A DNA stretch of 64,000 nucleotides, from NCBI RefSeq assembly GCF_046119375.1, contig NW_027362765.1, positions 286,192,001-286,256,000 on the forward strand, in the 5' to 3' direction. The stretch comes from Phyllobates terribilis. Lineage: Eukaryota. Position numbers and translations under genes: made by a program. The notes beneath the pieces are model-generated. The model worked only from the letters and a program-made list of their open reading frames with translations. It did no database searches and had not been told where the DNA came from. Shown piece by piece: positions 23,901 through 34,211 of the stretch (within the stretch, counting starts at the first letter, position 1; each line of letters opens with the position of its first letter).

Positions 23901-26714
23901 GGGATCATGCGGTATGGTCTCCCCACTTGCACCAACGTGACGTTCCGCACCACCTGGGGACACGCAAGGTCAGCTTAGCACAGTTTTACACAAACACCTC
24001 CCATCCACATGGGCCCAAGGAGGCACGGGGAGTTAATGTGGCCCATGCAGCCGCTGACGTGGCACCACACTCGCTCACCACCCTGAAAGGGCCCCTTTCA
24101 CTAGCAATAGTTAAACAGAGCCTTGCCAGCCCAGCATAATTGCCACCAGTTCCTCGCTAGATATAAACCCGGTCCGTTAAGATTATATTGGGCCAGAAAC
24201 GAGCCCCGGTAGCATGGGAAGTAAAACAGAGAACACGAACATGTGGATTCGTGGATCAAGATAAAAGGGCAGCCCAAGATTAAATTATATAATCGCCTTA
24301 AGGGCACACTAGACAAAACACTACATACACAACGGTTATACATATACAATGGTCAGATAAGCAAATACAGGAGGTAGAACAAAAAGTATAAGCAGATGAA
24401 ACATGTCAGTTACTGGTCTGATGTTCGACCATGTGAGCTGGACCACAAGGGGCATGGGGTGCCAGCTGTTTCCAGTTCCTTCCAACACATTACACAATGT
24501 GACCCCCCCCCCTTTAGAAGTGAACAGCAAGTATGAGAAGAAGAGAGAGCACAAGGCCTTACACAAGCATTTTACCCCTTTGTCAGTCACTCCCTGTTCC
24601 ACCCCCAAGATGTTTCTAATCCCCCTACCTCTGGGTTTTTGTAGCTAAAACTCCCAAAATCCATGAAGGATCATAACTTCCCAACAAAAGGTCATAGGGG
24701 TGGCGGTTTCGGTGCCATTGGATCTGGCCCCCATTACGATTGGAGACCAAACATGGCTTTGCTACCTGGCTTCTATTAGCTAGAATGGATCGAGACCCTG
24801 GAAGGTGTTCGGTCCGTTCCACAGATCTCAAAAAAGATAACCGGTATACAGTTAGGACATACGATAACTCCATAATCTCCTTATGAAATTCCCATCTGAC
24901 TGAATGAAGCAGTTACACAGGCTGGGCCCCACAGGGGTCATCCTGTCATGAGCCTGGAAAGTAGCTAACCTACTAAACTAAACTGGAGTTAAAAAAAAAA
25001 ATTAATGGAATTAATGAAATTTTTTTTTTTTTAGTTCCAATGTTAGAAGCTTTTGTAAAGCATATGTGAGTCCAAAATGGTGACTATACGCTAAATGAAT
25101 TCCTTCAGGAGTGTAGTTCTAAATTGGGGTTACCTGTGGGGGTGTAAGCCGTTTTGACACCTTACGGGCTCTTCAAATGTGACACGGCATCCGCAATTGT
25201 TCCAGCCAAAATTTACCTCCAAAAGTCAAATAGTGCTCCTTCTATTCTAAAACAGTAGCTTCCAACCATAATATGGGCTACAGTTTTTGGGGGTAATTTT
25301 GTTTCCTGATTACCTTGTGGAAATTAAAAATGTGGTGCTAAAGTAACATTTTAGTGGAAATAATGTAATTTTTCTTTTTTTTTTTCTTCCTGTTTGCATT
25401 AATTCCTATGAAGCACCTGAAGGGTTACCAAACTTTGTGAATGCAGTTTTGAATACCTTGAGGGGTGCAGTTTTCAAAATATGGTCTCGTTTGGTGGTTT
25501 TCTGACATATAGGCAGTGACTTCAAAAATGAAGTGGTCCCAGAAAAAAAATAGGCTTTGTAAATTTCAGTGAAAAAAAATGAAAATTTGGTGTTAAACAG
25601 TTAAAATTTAGTTAAAAATTATGCTGACATAAAGTAGAGATATGGTAAATGTTATTTATTAATTTTGAGTGGTATGACTATCTGGTTTAAGGGCATAAAG
25701 ATTCAAAGTTTTTTCTAAATTTGTCAGATTTCTGATATTTTCATAAAAAATACAAATCATATTGACCTAAATTTACCACTAATAAAGTACAGTGTGTTAT
25801 GAAAAAAAAAAAAAAAGTCTCAGAATCAATGGAATACATAGAAGTATTAGAGAGTTATTACTATATAAAGTGACATTTCTTATTTGAAAAATGTAGGAAG
25901 GGGATTAAGTAAGGCAAATCCCCTCTCACATACTCTGCATGTATGACAAATATGGATTTTTATATTAAATGCATGTTCCTTTTACTTTTCCTTCTAGATG
26001 ACTGAAAGTCTGAAACCAGAAGATCCAGATTTATTCTTGAAAAAACTAGCAGTTATCAATGAGTCACTGTGGAAGGTTACGGACGAGGAAGGAAACCAAC
26101 CCATTGCCAATGATTTTGCCTTAACAGCTTCGGTAGTTACATACTGCTGTGTTAAAGATTCTAGGGATGCAAAAGTTCTTAAGAGAGCTTATGGATCCTC
26201 AATGTCCTGTAAAGGAAAGGCCCAAAGGCAAATAATGATTGCTATATCAACCCTGCATGTGTGGGACAAGGCCATCTCGTATGCAGTGTGTTGTGCTGGT
26301 AAAGGTCTTCCTATAACATTCCCAGAACAAGTACACTGTAATGCCTACAATTTAAAAACCCAAATAGGGGGATATGTGAAAGTCGCTCCATGCACAAAAT
26401 GCAACAAGATGTATATTGTAAAATTCAACCCAGAATACCAAGCACATAACAAGAAGGAGGACTGGATGTATGGAAACTGTGCTGAAAATGAATCGCTCAG
26501 TAGGCTGCTGCAGAGTGACAGAAGTGTGAGGGAAAACATATGTATTATGGGTGATAATGGGGAGACACTGATGAACTGGGAGGATATACAGAATAAGTTT
26601 AATGAAAAATTTGAGGATGAAAAGAAAAAGACACTCAAAAGCCTCCTTTCATCTCGTGGGTTTCAGCTCAGCTCAGGAGAATGGAAGTTGTTCATCCCAT
26701 CTTGCTTACTTTGA
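2926..26714 (+). CDS. Uncharacterised 375-aa protein with permuted Zn-dependent deaminase-like motifs (spliced gene)
   Basis: join(2926..2994,8701..8738,10245..10377,10687..10857,25998..26714) = 1128 nt. All four introns are GT-AG, phases 0/2/0/0 are mutually compatible and there is no internal stop. An in-frame TAG at 2914-2916 precedes the ATG, and a 5'UTR exon ends at 2601. Protein: [11 protein letters not shown]...[18 protein letters not shown]...[16 protein letters not shown]...APCTKC...[16 protein letters not shown]... Confidence 0.85.
4232..5648. repeat. 67-bp GC-rich minisatellite, about 21 copies
   Basis: Unit GCTTCGTTTCAAGTAGGGGTCAGGGGCTGTGGCAGTGACCTAAGCCTCTGCCCCCTGCTCTGATGAT; period 67 (e.g. 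4299 to 4366). The flanks at about 4100 and 5845 resemble degenerate TTAA-MITE ends. Confidence 0.95.
6883..8474. mobile_element. Non-autonomous hAT (Charlie/Buster-like) element with 8-bp TSD
   Basis: 15-bp TIR CAGTGGTCCCCAACC / GGTTGGGGACCTCTG (1 mismatch). Perfect 8-bp TSD ATCTAGAT at 6875-6882 and 8475-8482. Confidence 0.9.
7283..8050. repeat. C-rich minisatellite (about 22-30 bp units, GTGCATCTCTCATC core) inside the hAT element
   Basis: Repeated CCCCGTGCATCTCTCATCCACC grades into CCCCCATGTG(C/G)ATCTCTCATCTCTCCCCT. It accounts for the Pro/His/Ser low-complexity ORFs at 7082-8073. Confidence 0.9.
8947..9684. mobile_element. T2/Kolobok-type MITE with a second MITE (9179..9627) nested at an internal TTAA
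   Basis: Outer element: TTAA|AGGGGTTGTCCAGTG...CACTGGATGGCCCCT|TTAG. Inner element: TTAA|AGAAGCACTCC...GGAGTGCTTCT|TTAA, of the same family as 33399..33825. Confidence 0.75.
11497..11633 (-). mobile_element. Penelope-like pseudo-LTR arm (left arm of an inverted pair)
   Basis: Near reverse complement of 22260..22425. On the minus strand it reads GACTTATTGAGTCGAAACGCGTTA...AATAAA...TTTTTAACTTTTCTTCGCTGGAG, the layout of PLE terminal repeats carrying a hammerhead-type GAAACGCGT motif. Confidence 0.55.
12232..14516. mobile_element. Solo LTR (2285 bp) rich in internal tandem repeats, inserted in the piggyBac
   Basis: TGTTA...TTACA termini and 5-bp TSD ATGAT (12227-12231 and 14517-14521). Internal repeats have periods of 109 bp (x2), 40 bp, 80 bp (about x6) and 51 bp (x3). 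No gag/pol coding sequence. Confidence 0.85.
14750..15735 (-). pseudogene. FXR1: Intronless, diverged FXR1-derived coding fragment (piggyBac cargo) lacking KH1
   Basis: [14 protein letters not shown]...FKKAVGACK...[12 protein letters not shown] resembles FXR1 [14 protein letters not shown]...FKKAVGACR...TVKRVNILSDMH. KH2-like [14 protein letters not shown]...KSGV...EDGMVSF; [15 protein letters not shown]; C-terminal [15 protein letters not shown] resembles FXR1 TESDQTADTDASESH. One TGA (15484-15486) and one TA-repeat slippage (about 15205). Recognised from memory; this is not the host FXR1 locus. Confidence 0.8.
15760..15873 (-). pseudogene. LONP1: Short LONP1-derived coding fragment (piggyBac cargo)
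   Basis: [37 protein letters not shown] resembles LONP1 [37 protein letters not shown], and is fused in frame to the FXR1-like segment. Confidence 0.75.
16150..17035 (-). pseudogene. CGN: Intronless cingulin rod (coiled-coil) derived fragment (piggyBac cargo)
   Basis: [76 protein letters not shown] and [31 protein letters not shown] match the amphibian cingulin rod as I recall it. One stop (16893-16895) and two frameshifts (about 16812 and 16545). Confidence 0.75.
18762..20487 (+). pseudogene. piggyBac PGBD4-like DDD transposase, disrupted
   Basis: Acidic/Ser N-terminus; motifs [19 protein letters not shown] and MGGVD; C-terminal Cys-rich domain CRVC...CDTC...[12 protein letters not shown] frameshift at about 19090 and an in-frame TAA at 19516-19518. 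Confidence 0.9.
20600..21620 (+). repeat. Degenerate ~370-bp tandem subterminal repeats of the piggyBac 3' region
   Basis: TTTCCACTGTTTA(C/G)(G/A)CACATCAGGGGCTCT recurs at about 20635, 20998 and 21377. Confidence 0.75.
22260..22425 (+). mobile_element. Penelope-like pseudo-LTR arm (right arm of the inverted pair)
   Basis: GACTTAAGTCGAAACGCGTTGATGGGA...AATAAAGG...TTTTTAACTTTTCTTCGCTGGAG; inverted copy of 11497..11633. Confidence 0.55.
22690..23330 (-). mobile_element. Probable L1/Tx1 LINE ORF2 3' remnant, heavily decayed
   Basis: Minus-strand translation gives fragments reminiscent of the L1 ORF2 C-terminus (LPKP...HINNQAA; CHVFLTPG; [11 protein letters not shown]) interrupted by stops. The similarity is weak and judged by eye. 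Confidence 0.35.
23380..25880 (+). mobile_element. Second, truncated piggyBac-family 3' region remnant, interrupted by an LTR-like insert (about 23817..24933)
   Basis: Shares the subterminal repeat motifs and 3' end text (GCTGACATAAAGTAGA..., AAGGGCATAAA..., ATAAAGTGACA) of 21.0-22.2 kb. The insert has TGTGG...CCACA ends but no clear TSD. Confidence 0.55.
25998..26714 (+). CDS. Last coding exon of the unnamed gene: putative Zn-binding deaminase-like catalytic domain
   Basis: A polypyrimidine tract with TAG acceptor ends at 25997; phase 0 joins exon 10687..10857. 238 open codons; PCTKC at 26388-26402 and WMYGNCAE at 26463-26486. Confidence 0.85.
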   Translation: MTESLKPEDPDLFLKKLAVINESLWKVTDEEGNQPIANDFALTASVVTYCCVKDSRDAKVLKRAYGSSMSCKGKAQRQIMIAISTLHVWDKAISYAVCCAGKGLPITFPEQVHCNAYNLKTQIGGYVKVAPCTKCNKMYIVKFNPEYQAHNKKEDWMYGNCAENESLSRLLQSDRSVRENICIMGDNGETLMNWEDIQNKFNEKFEDEKKKTLKSLLSSRGFQLSSGEWKLFIPSCLL

Positions 26715-27841
26715 TGTATCATCTAGAGCGTCTTCTACAACCAACAAAATTCTAACAGGCCTCATTCAGACATCTATTTATCATATAAGTGTTTTTCAAG
26801 AATAGCACATATACCTATTAGAATCTATGGGGCTGCTAACAGGTCTGATTTTTTGTGGAGAGTGTGTCTGCATACATGTCCTTTTTTGATCGGCGTCATG
26901 GATCAAAATTACCCATACAAGTTTATGGGTCCATGTAAATTCACAGGAGTGCGCCGGATGGCATCAGTTTGTAGTCCATGTGCGTTCCGTAATTAACATG
27001 GACATTGGTAGGCGAAGCTTTGTAATCATTTTTTTTTTCACACATGAAAATCACTGTTGAAACATTGATGTCACACTAACCAAACACTGATGAAAATCGG
27101 TCAAAAACATTGTTGAATAATGTCTGTTTTTCTTTTTTTTTTTTTCACAAAAGTGAAAAACGTGGACGTCTGAATGAGGCTTTACATTTTTTTGGGGATT
27201 GTTTTTATCATAGTTTATACAAATATGAATATGTGTAAAAATATCCTGTGATAATCCATGTAATTAATGCTGGTGTTAAACGGAACCTGTAAGGAATTTT
27301 CTGCTGCCCAAACTATAGGCAGTATGATATACAGACAGATTCCCTCGTTACAAAACTATGTTTTACTGTGAAATATTCTGACGTTTCAGATAAAATGTAG
27401 CTTGTAGAACGAGGCAGAGTCCAGGTACAGGATGACCAATCTATTGTCGGACCCTCCGGTTTACCACTGCCAAATTGAGATTGACTGATCGGTCTCTCAT
27501 TTTTCAACCATTGTTTTCTTTGCAAAAGCCGCAGGATTTCAGAGTAAAACATGGTTGCTTTTAATGAGGTTGCCTGTCTATTTCATGCTGTCCGTGGATC
27601 AGGTAACATGATTCTCCTGACAGGTTCCCCAAGATAACCTGAGATTAATTTTCTTAGTTCATATGATCTCCAGAATAAGATCAGTGACAGAATCCAGATA
27701 TTCAATTGTTGAGGGATGATGTGTGTTTTATCTACGGATCACTCAACTTGACTTGACCAATAAAAGTCAAGGTTAAAATGATCATACATGGTGAGATGTC
27801 TCTTGGTTAGAATCTCTGTGATCTGTTTGCTATAACTTCAG

Positions 27842-29308
27842 GTGCACATTTGGCTGGATTCCTTGAATCATTCCACTTACCGTATACCCCAGGGGTGTAC
27901 AACTGTTTGCCTATGTACATTTGCAAATCACTCTCACATATATGTGTCCTCTTTGCATGTAACTAATGAAAATTTCACAATTAATGTAATCATCAGGAAG
28001 TTGTATCCAGCAAGTTGTGTTAACCTATCCTTACAGAAATTTTCGCAAAAGCTTTTCACATAAAGCAATGAATGTGCTTACCTAAGAATATGGTGTGCAC
28101 AGTATAGAAATTGTTGGGGAAGAATACTTTTGTAGACTCCCGTAGCCCTAGCTGTTTTTAGCTGTGATACATTGGGCTATTGCAGGGACTGCAACTGCCC
28201 ACACTCACATTACTTTCATTGCACAAGCTTATACATTGATGAAACTCTTTATGAAGGGTTTCATCCAAGTTGAGTTGTGTATATTACACATGAGAATGAG
28301 GGACTAATAGCTGTCAAGCTGTTTCTCATCCAGGTTAAAATTGAGGAAATGTTTAAAATTACATTTTTAATTTGTAATAAACATAAAAAAAAAATCTTAA
28401 AGCTGTTTACTAACTTCCGATATATTATTTTATATTCGGAATAGCTGGCACTAAAGGTACCAGATTTGGTTAACCATCAGTGTTCAGACCTCGGGATTAA
28501 TGGTAAGAAATGTAATTATAGGGTTTCTTCCATTATAAAAAGAGGGCTCCTTTTCATTATGATTACGCTAATCAAATGTCAGTTAATTAAAAAAGATAAT
28601 TATGATCTCGATATTTTGTTTCCTTTGGATGAGGATAATATAAATAATTACAGCATACCAAAAACTGTGACTACAAAGGGAACAATACTTTCATAGAGTA
28701 GGTTCATCTCTAGAAAGCCAAAGGAGAGCCTACATATTGGATGGCATTAATCTCAAGACTCATGATGGGTTTACACCACCGGACTTGCAGCACTAAATGA
28801 CCACCGATCAGCTACCTGTTTGGTGATCGGCGGTCAATAAATAGCCAGTTTAGACAGGAAGACCGTACTTAATATGTGCACGAACGACAAAAAAACACTA
28901 AAAGATTAGTAAACTATACAGGTTAAAATTAAAGGTTTTGCATGCTTTTTGGACAGACCCTCTTTGAATGGCCAGTAACACAAGGGACCTCCTGATGAAT
29001 CTCCCCTCTTGAGTAGATGGTAATCTGTAGTTTACCATAAAGTGATGCCAACTTGATAATATGATTTCCCTGCTGCAGAGAGCTAACGGGGGACACTGCT
29101 GTCCAAACTGATCAACCTTTTATTTTCAGGTCCACTAGTAATTTTTGTTATGTATATATTAATTATTAAGCGAATGAAATCAGCTGTGCGAATGCGCTGG
29201 TATAGGACTGCCGCCAATGATTCATTAGAAGTGTTGAGGGACTCCCATTTGGAAATGGGATCAGAGGTGGGACCTGTGTCTTTCAGACATTTATCACACG
29301 TGCCATAA
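27842..29308 (+). pseudogene. Putative decayed gene for a type I membrane glycoprotein (three exons)
   Basis: Candidate join(27842..28333,28445..28502,29130..29308) with phases 0/0/1. A perfect TACTAAC branch point lies at 28408-28414 and a GTAAGA donor at 28503. The last exon encodes GPLVIFVMYILII-KRMK plus a short tail, with AATAAA at 29458. The first exon has three in-frame stops and four N-x-S/T sequons. Confidence 0.45.
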
Positions 29309-29830
29309 AGGGAATACACCTTTATAGATGCTTTCCATGAAAGCCAATCTATCAATATCAACTTTTTCTAATGAAGGTTTTTATGCGGTCTACCACTGTC
29401 TAAATCATTGTAACCTCAAACCTTGATTTTTTCTGGGTTTAATTTTTCCACTTTTGTAATAAAGCCTGTATTTCTACTATATGAAATAAAACTCTAAAGG
29501 AATTTTAGGTTTCTTGTAATTTTTTTCTGTGCTTGATGTATTTATTCAGGTTGCCAAATTTCAATTTTCTACCAAAACAAAATTTGCGTAACAGGGTCAC
29601 TCCAGGGACAACAATAAAATGCCTAGTGTAAAACCTAAGGGAGTATTACAGGAAACAGAGATTCTCTTTTAGGTGATCTTTTAATCTCCGTTTCATGAAA
29701 TCTCCTTAGGCCCTCCTACACTTAGCATAGTTCAATGTAGATATTTACCTGGAATATTTCTTTAAATATATTTTACTGCCACCTATTAAACCATTAGAAT
29801 TATGCCATTTCTCTATCTTTCATATGTAGG

Positions 29831-30379
29831 TGTCACGCAAGGTGTGAAAAAGACTAAGTACGACACTAGGGAAAGGGGGGGAATAGAGACCTCCTAGGCT
29901 GATCTGATAACACCCTGTCTCCCCTATCGTACCTATATTGGTTCTTCACCAATCGCCGCACAGGAACCTAAGCCCTGTATTTCCCTAGCGCTTAGCCCTG
30001 GATAGGGAAGGGGGGATGAGCACTAGTCAGTCCCCACTAACAACTAAAGACAACAAGGGAGACAAACACGGAGAAAAGTAACTTAGCTTGAGTCGACTTC
30101 AGAGAGATTATACCAAATGTCCTCCTAGCACCAGAGAGGAAGTAAGCAGACTGCAATAGCTCCAAACCTTCACAAGGGAACAAGTGAATATCACCAGCAC
30201 CTCCCTGTAGCAAACAAAGTATTTAAACACCCAGGCCTGGGTATCAATTAGTAGGAGGGAGGTAGCCACTGGGTCCTAGAGTGAAACAGATTGAAGAAGG
30301 TGTCTGTAATGCCAAACGAAGAGATCTTCTGCAACCAAATGCAGGGCGACTGTCTGTCACATCTGACACACCCATAACA
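29831..30379. mobile_element. Solo LTR (549 bp)
   Basis: TGTCA...TAACA termini; 5-bp TSD GTAGG at 29826-29830 and 30380-30384. Confidence 0.85.
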
Positions 30380-30815
30380 GTAGGTGGTCTACATATAAAT
30401 ATGTTTATCTTTCTAAAATGGTAATTTTCTTTTAAGACAAAGCACTATACAAACATCTCACTAGTGGAACATTTCAGAGTGAAACTTGGATGGCCTGCAA
30501 ATTTGACTGCATATGGCCCGTGTGTTATTAGTCCCCTTTTGGGCTAATTTACCTACGGAAGTGACATGGCAGATATGCCAGATGTTTTTTTTCTCTGTGA
30601 AAAACATACCATAAGGGAATATTTTTATGTGGATTTTGGGTTGGATCCTGCTCCAAAATCCACAAGAAAATCCATCTCAAATACTCTTTGAATAAGCTTC
30701 CTATTAGTTTCATTAGGTGAGCATACCTATAAAGCACATTGTGTTGACTTTTTTTCAAAATGTTTTTCTATTTTACTTGGAAAAGAAGCAACATGTCAAT
30801 TCTAGAGGAATTTTA

Positions 30816-31638
30816 GGCTATGTGCCCACGTAGCAGATTTGATGCAGAGTGTTTTTGCCTCTCTCTGCCAGAAAAAAACGCATGCAGATTTACATGCGTG
30901 TTTTCTGCCAGAGAGAAGCGTTTTTACATGCGTTTTTGCATGCGTTTTTTTCAAGCACTTTTATAAGCGATTTTGAGCATCATGTGGAAAAGTGCTTGAC
31001 AAGTTGATCACACAATATAAATCCATGCAACCGTTAAAAATAAAAAAACAACAACTGTATATTCACCTCTCCGGCGGCACCCGGTCTGCTCCCGGCCGCG
31101 TCTTCTCTCTTAAGCGTCCCGCAGTGTACTGTCAGGACCTGCGGTGACGTCAGTCAGCTGATGGTCACGCGATAATCACCTGACCGCCGACGTCAGTGGT
31201 CGCGTGACCATCAGGTGACTAAATGACGTCACCAAAGGTCCTGACAGTACACTGCGGGATGCTGAAGAGAGAAGACGCGGTCAGGAGCAGACCGGAGGAG
31301 ACCGGATAGCAGACCGGGGGCCGCCGGAGAGGTGAATATACAGGTTTTGTTTATTTTTAACTTTTTTAGTTCTTTTTTTCACCGTGTGGTAGCCGGGATG
31401 AAGAGGAGTTGTAGTCTCCTCTTCATCCCGGGTACCACACGCACCGCGATTACGCTGCAGCGTAATCGCGGTAGAAATAGTCATGCTGCGTTTTGCAAAC
31501 CAATGCAAATTCGGCGCGCAAATTAGTGCATCATGTGCACAGCACATCCGAATTCACATTGCTTTGCATGGCAGACTGTTTTACAAGCGTTTTTGCGGCC
31601 TTAAATACACTGCAAAAACGCTACGTGGGCACATAGCC
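30816..31638. mobile_element. PIF/Harbinger-type MITE, long fold-back
   Basis: TIR GGCTATGTGCCCACGTAGC / GCTACGTGGGCACATAGCC; TWA TSD (TTA/TAA); extensive internal inverted repeats. Confidence 0.8.
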
Positions 31639-31890
31639 TAAGCTTGAAAAAAAAAAATTACACATTTACCTAATGAATCAATTGAATCAGAGAGAAAAAA
31701 CAATGCACAAAAAAGTGTCAAAAAACATGATAAAACACGTAGGGACAGATTTAATTTCTGCAATTACAATTTTTTTTACTAGTTTTTGGTGTCTTTCATT
31801 TGCGCCTTATTCTTTTTCTTTAAATTTTAGCGCTTTTTTTTTATTATTTTTTTAAGTCAACCTTGTATGTATTCACCATTTTTTTTATGC

Positions 31891-32520
31891 GCCTCACTGT
31901 GGCTTCCTGGCAAAACGCGCGTCGAGGCAACCACACATCCCCAGCATTCCTCTCCACGCTGCCTTAGACCTTACCAGTATGACTCAAGGTAACAGGAATT
32001 TGATGTTATTAACCTCGAACTAATGATGCAGGTGCTCTCATTGTGCAGTTAACTTTTGTTGAATTAATTCATTTACAGAGCACAGTAATAGAGCCTATAG
32101 CGCAGTAATAGAACCTATATCCCACTATTATGCACTCAAATTTCCAATACCTGACCACACATTTTATACAGGGAGAGCTGTCATATGCTATACTATCCTA
32201 TTTCATCGACAGGCTTTCTCTGTGGGGTCTTTGATTAAATACTTTTTGGTTTGGTTTATGCTAGGATGTCTACTTTATCTGCTATCAGGGTTGGCAGCAT
32301 ATATTAACATCTGCTATTTATTGAATGCTGTATAAGGGATGCAAGTCTCTTTGCGGGGTTTTTCTACCTCACCCTGCTCCTCTCTTTAGCAGTCTCCTCT
32401 CCCCCCATACCACCCCTTCACTATTTATATCTGATTAATTTTGTGTATTATATGAATTTTTTTCAATAAAACTTATATTTTTATGATTAAAATCCATTCT
32501 GTGCTATTTTGGAGATTACC
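31891..32520 (+). mobile_element. Penelope-like pseudo-LTR remnant with a degenerate hammerhead motif
   Basis: GCCTC-actgtg-GCT-tcct-GGC-aaaa-CGCGCGTC-GAGGC (31891-31928) retains the hammerhead stems but has a mutated core. AATAAA at 32465 and a T-rich tail. Confidence 0.4.
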
Positions 32521-33398
32521 TATAGGTACATTGAGGTATTCATTAAGTGGTTTCTTTCTCTCCAATATGTCCTTTTTATCGGTTATGCCATTATTATAGT
32601 GATTCCGGACTATATATCGTATGGTCGGTTGATAGGTTTTCTCTGCATAATTACCCTGTGAGCCACGCCCCCTTGAAAAAAGACCATAACAATTAAAAGT
32701 AAATAAAAAGGCCAATATCTTTAGACATGTATGGTAGATTTTTAAAAAGACAGCATAGTCAGAGGTAGCTGCGGGAATAAAATAAAAGCAAACCTGGTTA
32801 CTTTTGACCTGGTGACAATTCCTCTATAAATAACTGCAGCTATTGAAGCCTAGTTTACACAAAGGGCACTAACATCTTTAAACCCATAAAACATTTAAGG
32901 TCAAATAATACCTAGACTTAGGTCCCTTTTCAGCATACGGGTACCTTAGATATTCTGTGCAGTGGTTGTTTCTATGAAGGAAAATTACAACCAAACGGTA
33001 AGAGATCTAAGGTTATATCCGAACCATCCAAGAGTACTGATTCCACGGATCGTGCATCACGGCATAAAAATGCAGATTTGATATTCCTATATTAGGAATC
33101 GCAGTCCTAGGTAGATATGTTCATTATCAACATGTCCAATCCATGAGCTTCGACCCTTATGAATAGACCTCCTTGTGCTTTTCATGTTTATTAATAGTCC
33201 ATGGCTGACCTCAGCAACACTTCAACTGCAATACCGTTCTGATTTAAGGGGGTTTCCTTTATCCATTTTCTCTTATTTTGTAAAGTGAAGTCATGTTGCC
33301 AGACCCTATCCTCACCCCCACCCTGGGAATGAAAGCACCACAGGCCTGGTTTATGCCAGCACTTTATAAGATGGGAAAACACCCTATAGTTCTATTAA

Positions 33399-33825
33399 AG
33401 AATCACTCCCAGTTTGTATCCTCTAACTATATTGCAGTCATCATATTATATGGCACCGTTTTCTTACAATTGCTCATTTTGCCTTTCTACCCAGCTAATT
33501 CTACTCTTTTCTATGTAGAAAAAGGAAGAATCCTGTCCCTGCATTTATCAGTCCCCTCTTCAACTCCAGTACAAGCTGCTCTACTCCTCCCCTTGCCAGG
33601 GACTTTTGCAGTGACTTATGACTCATACAGGAAAAATTGATCTGTTTTTTGTATAGAGCTTAGAAGGATTCAGCTAGTCATTTTTTAATCAAGTGACGTT
33701 ATAAACCAAATGGAAAATAGAAGCATTAACTGGGTACAAAGGCAAAATGAGCAATTGTAAGTACACAGTGGCATATAATACGGTGATTGCAATATATTAA
33801 GAGGATAAAAACTGGGAGTGATTCT
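33399..33825. mobile_element. T2/Kolobok-type MITE
   Basis: TTAA|AGAATCACTCCCAG...CTGGGAGTGATTCT|TTAA; the interior is homologous to 9179..9627. Confidence 0.85.
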
Positions 33826-34211
33826 TTAACACCAATGCTCCACTTGTTACAATGCATCAGAATAAACAAGTTATTTCCATGCCCTGACAGCAGGCAGACA
33901 CCTTGAAAAGGAAATGAAAACACTTTGGGACTGATGTATCAAAACTATCTAACAGAAAAAATTGCAACCAGAGTTCAACCTATTTTTTTTTCGGTAGCAT
34001 TCACACAAGCGTTTCAGGTTTCATTCGAAACAGCTCGTTGATGATTGATAGGAGGATGGATCTTATTCATTTCTAAAGGACGAACTGCATGTACACTATT
34101 GTGGAAGAAGAACTTATTACACAATGGATAAGTGTAACCTGACTCCGTAGGTTTCTCCCTGAGGCTTTCTCCATTGATACAGTGAGTCACAGGATTAGTG
34201 TGCGTCTATAA

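Noticed and set aside
23817-24933. Insert as a confidently defined solo LTR
   Set aside because: It has TGTGG...CCACA ends but no target-site duplication, so it is noted only within the remnant feature.
29083-29361. 92-aa minus-strand ORF with CDKC
   Set aside because: The opposite strand gives a better explanation (acceptor, TM segment, stop and poly(A) signal).
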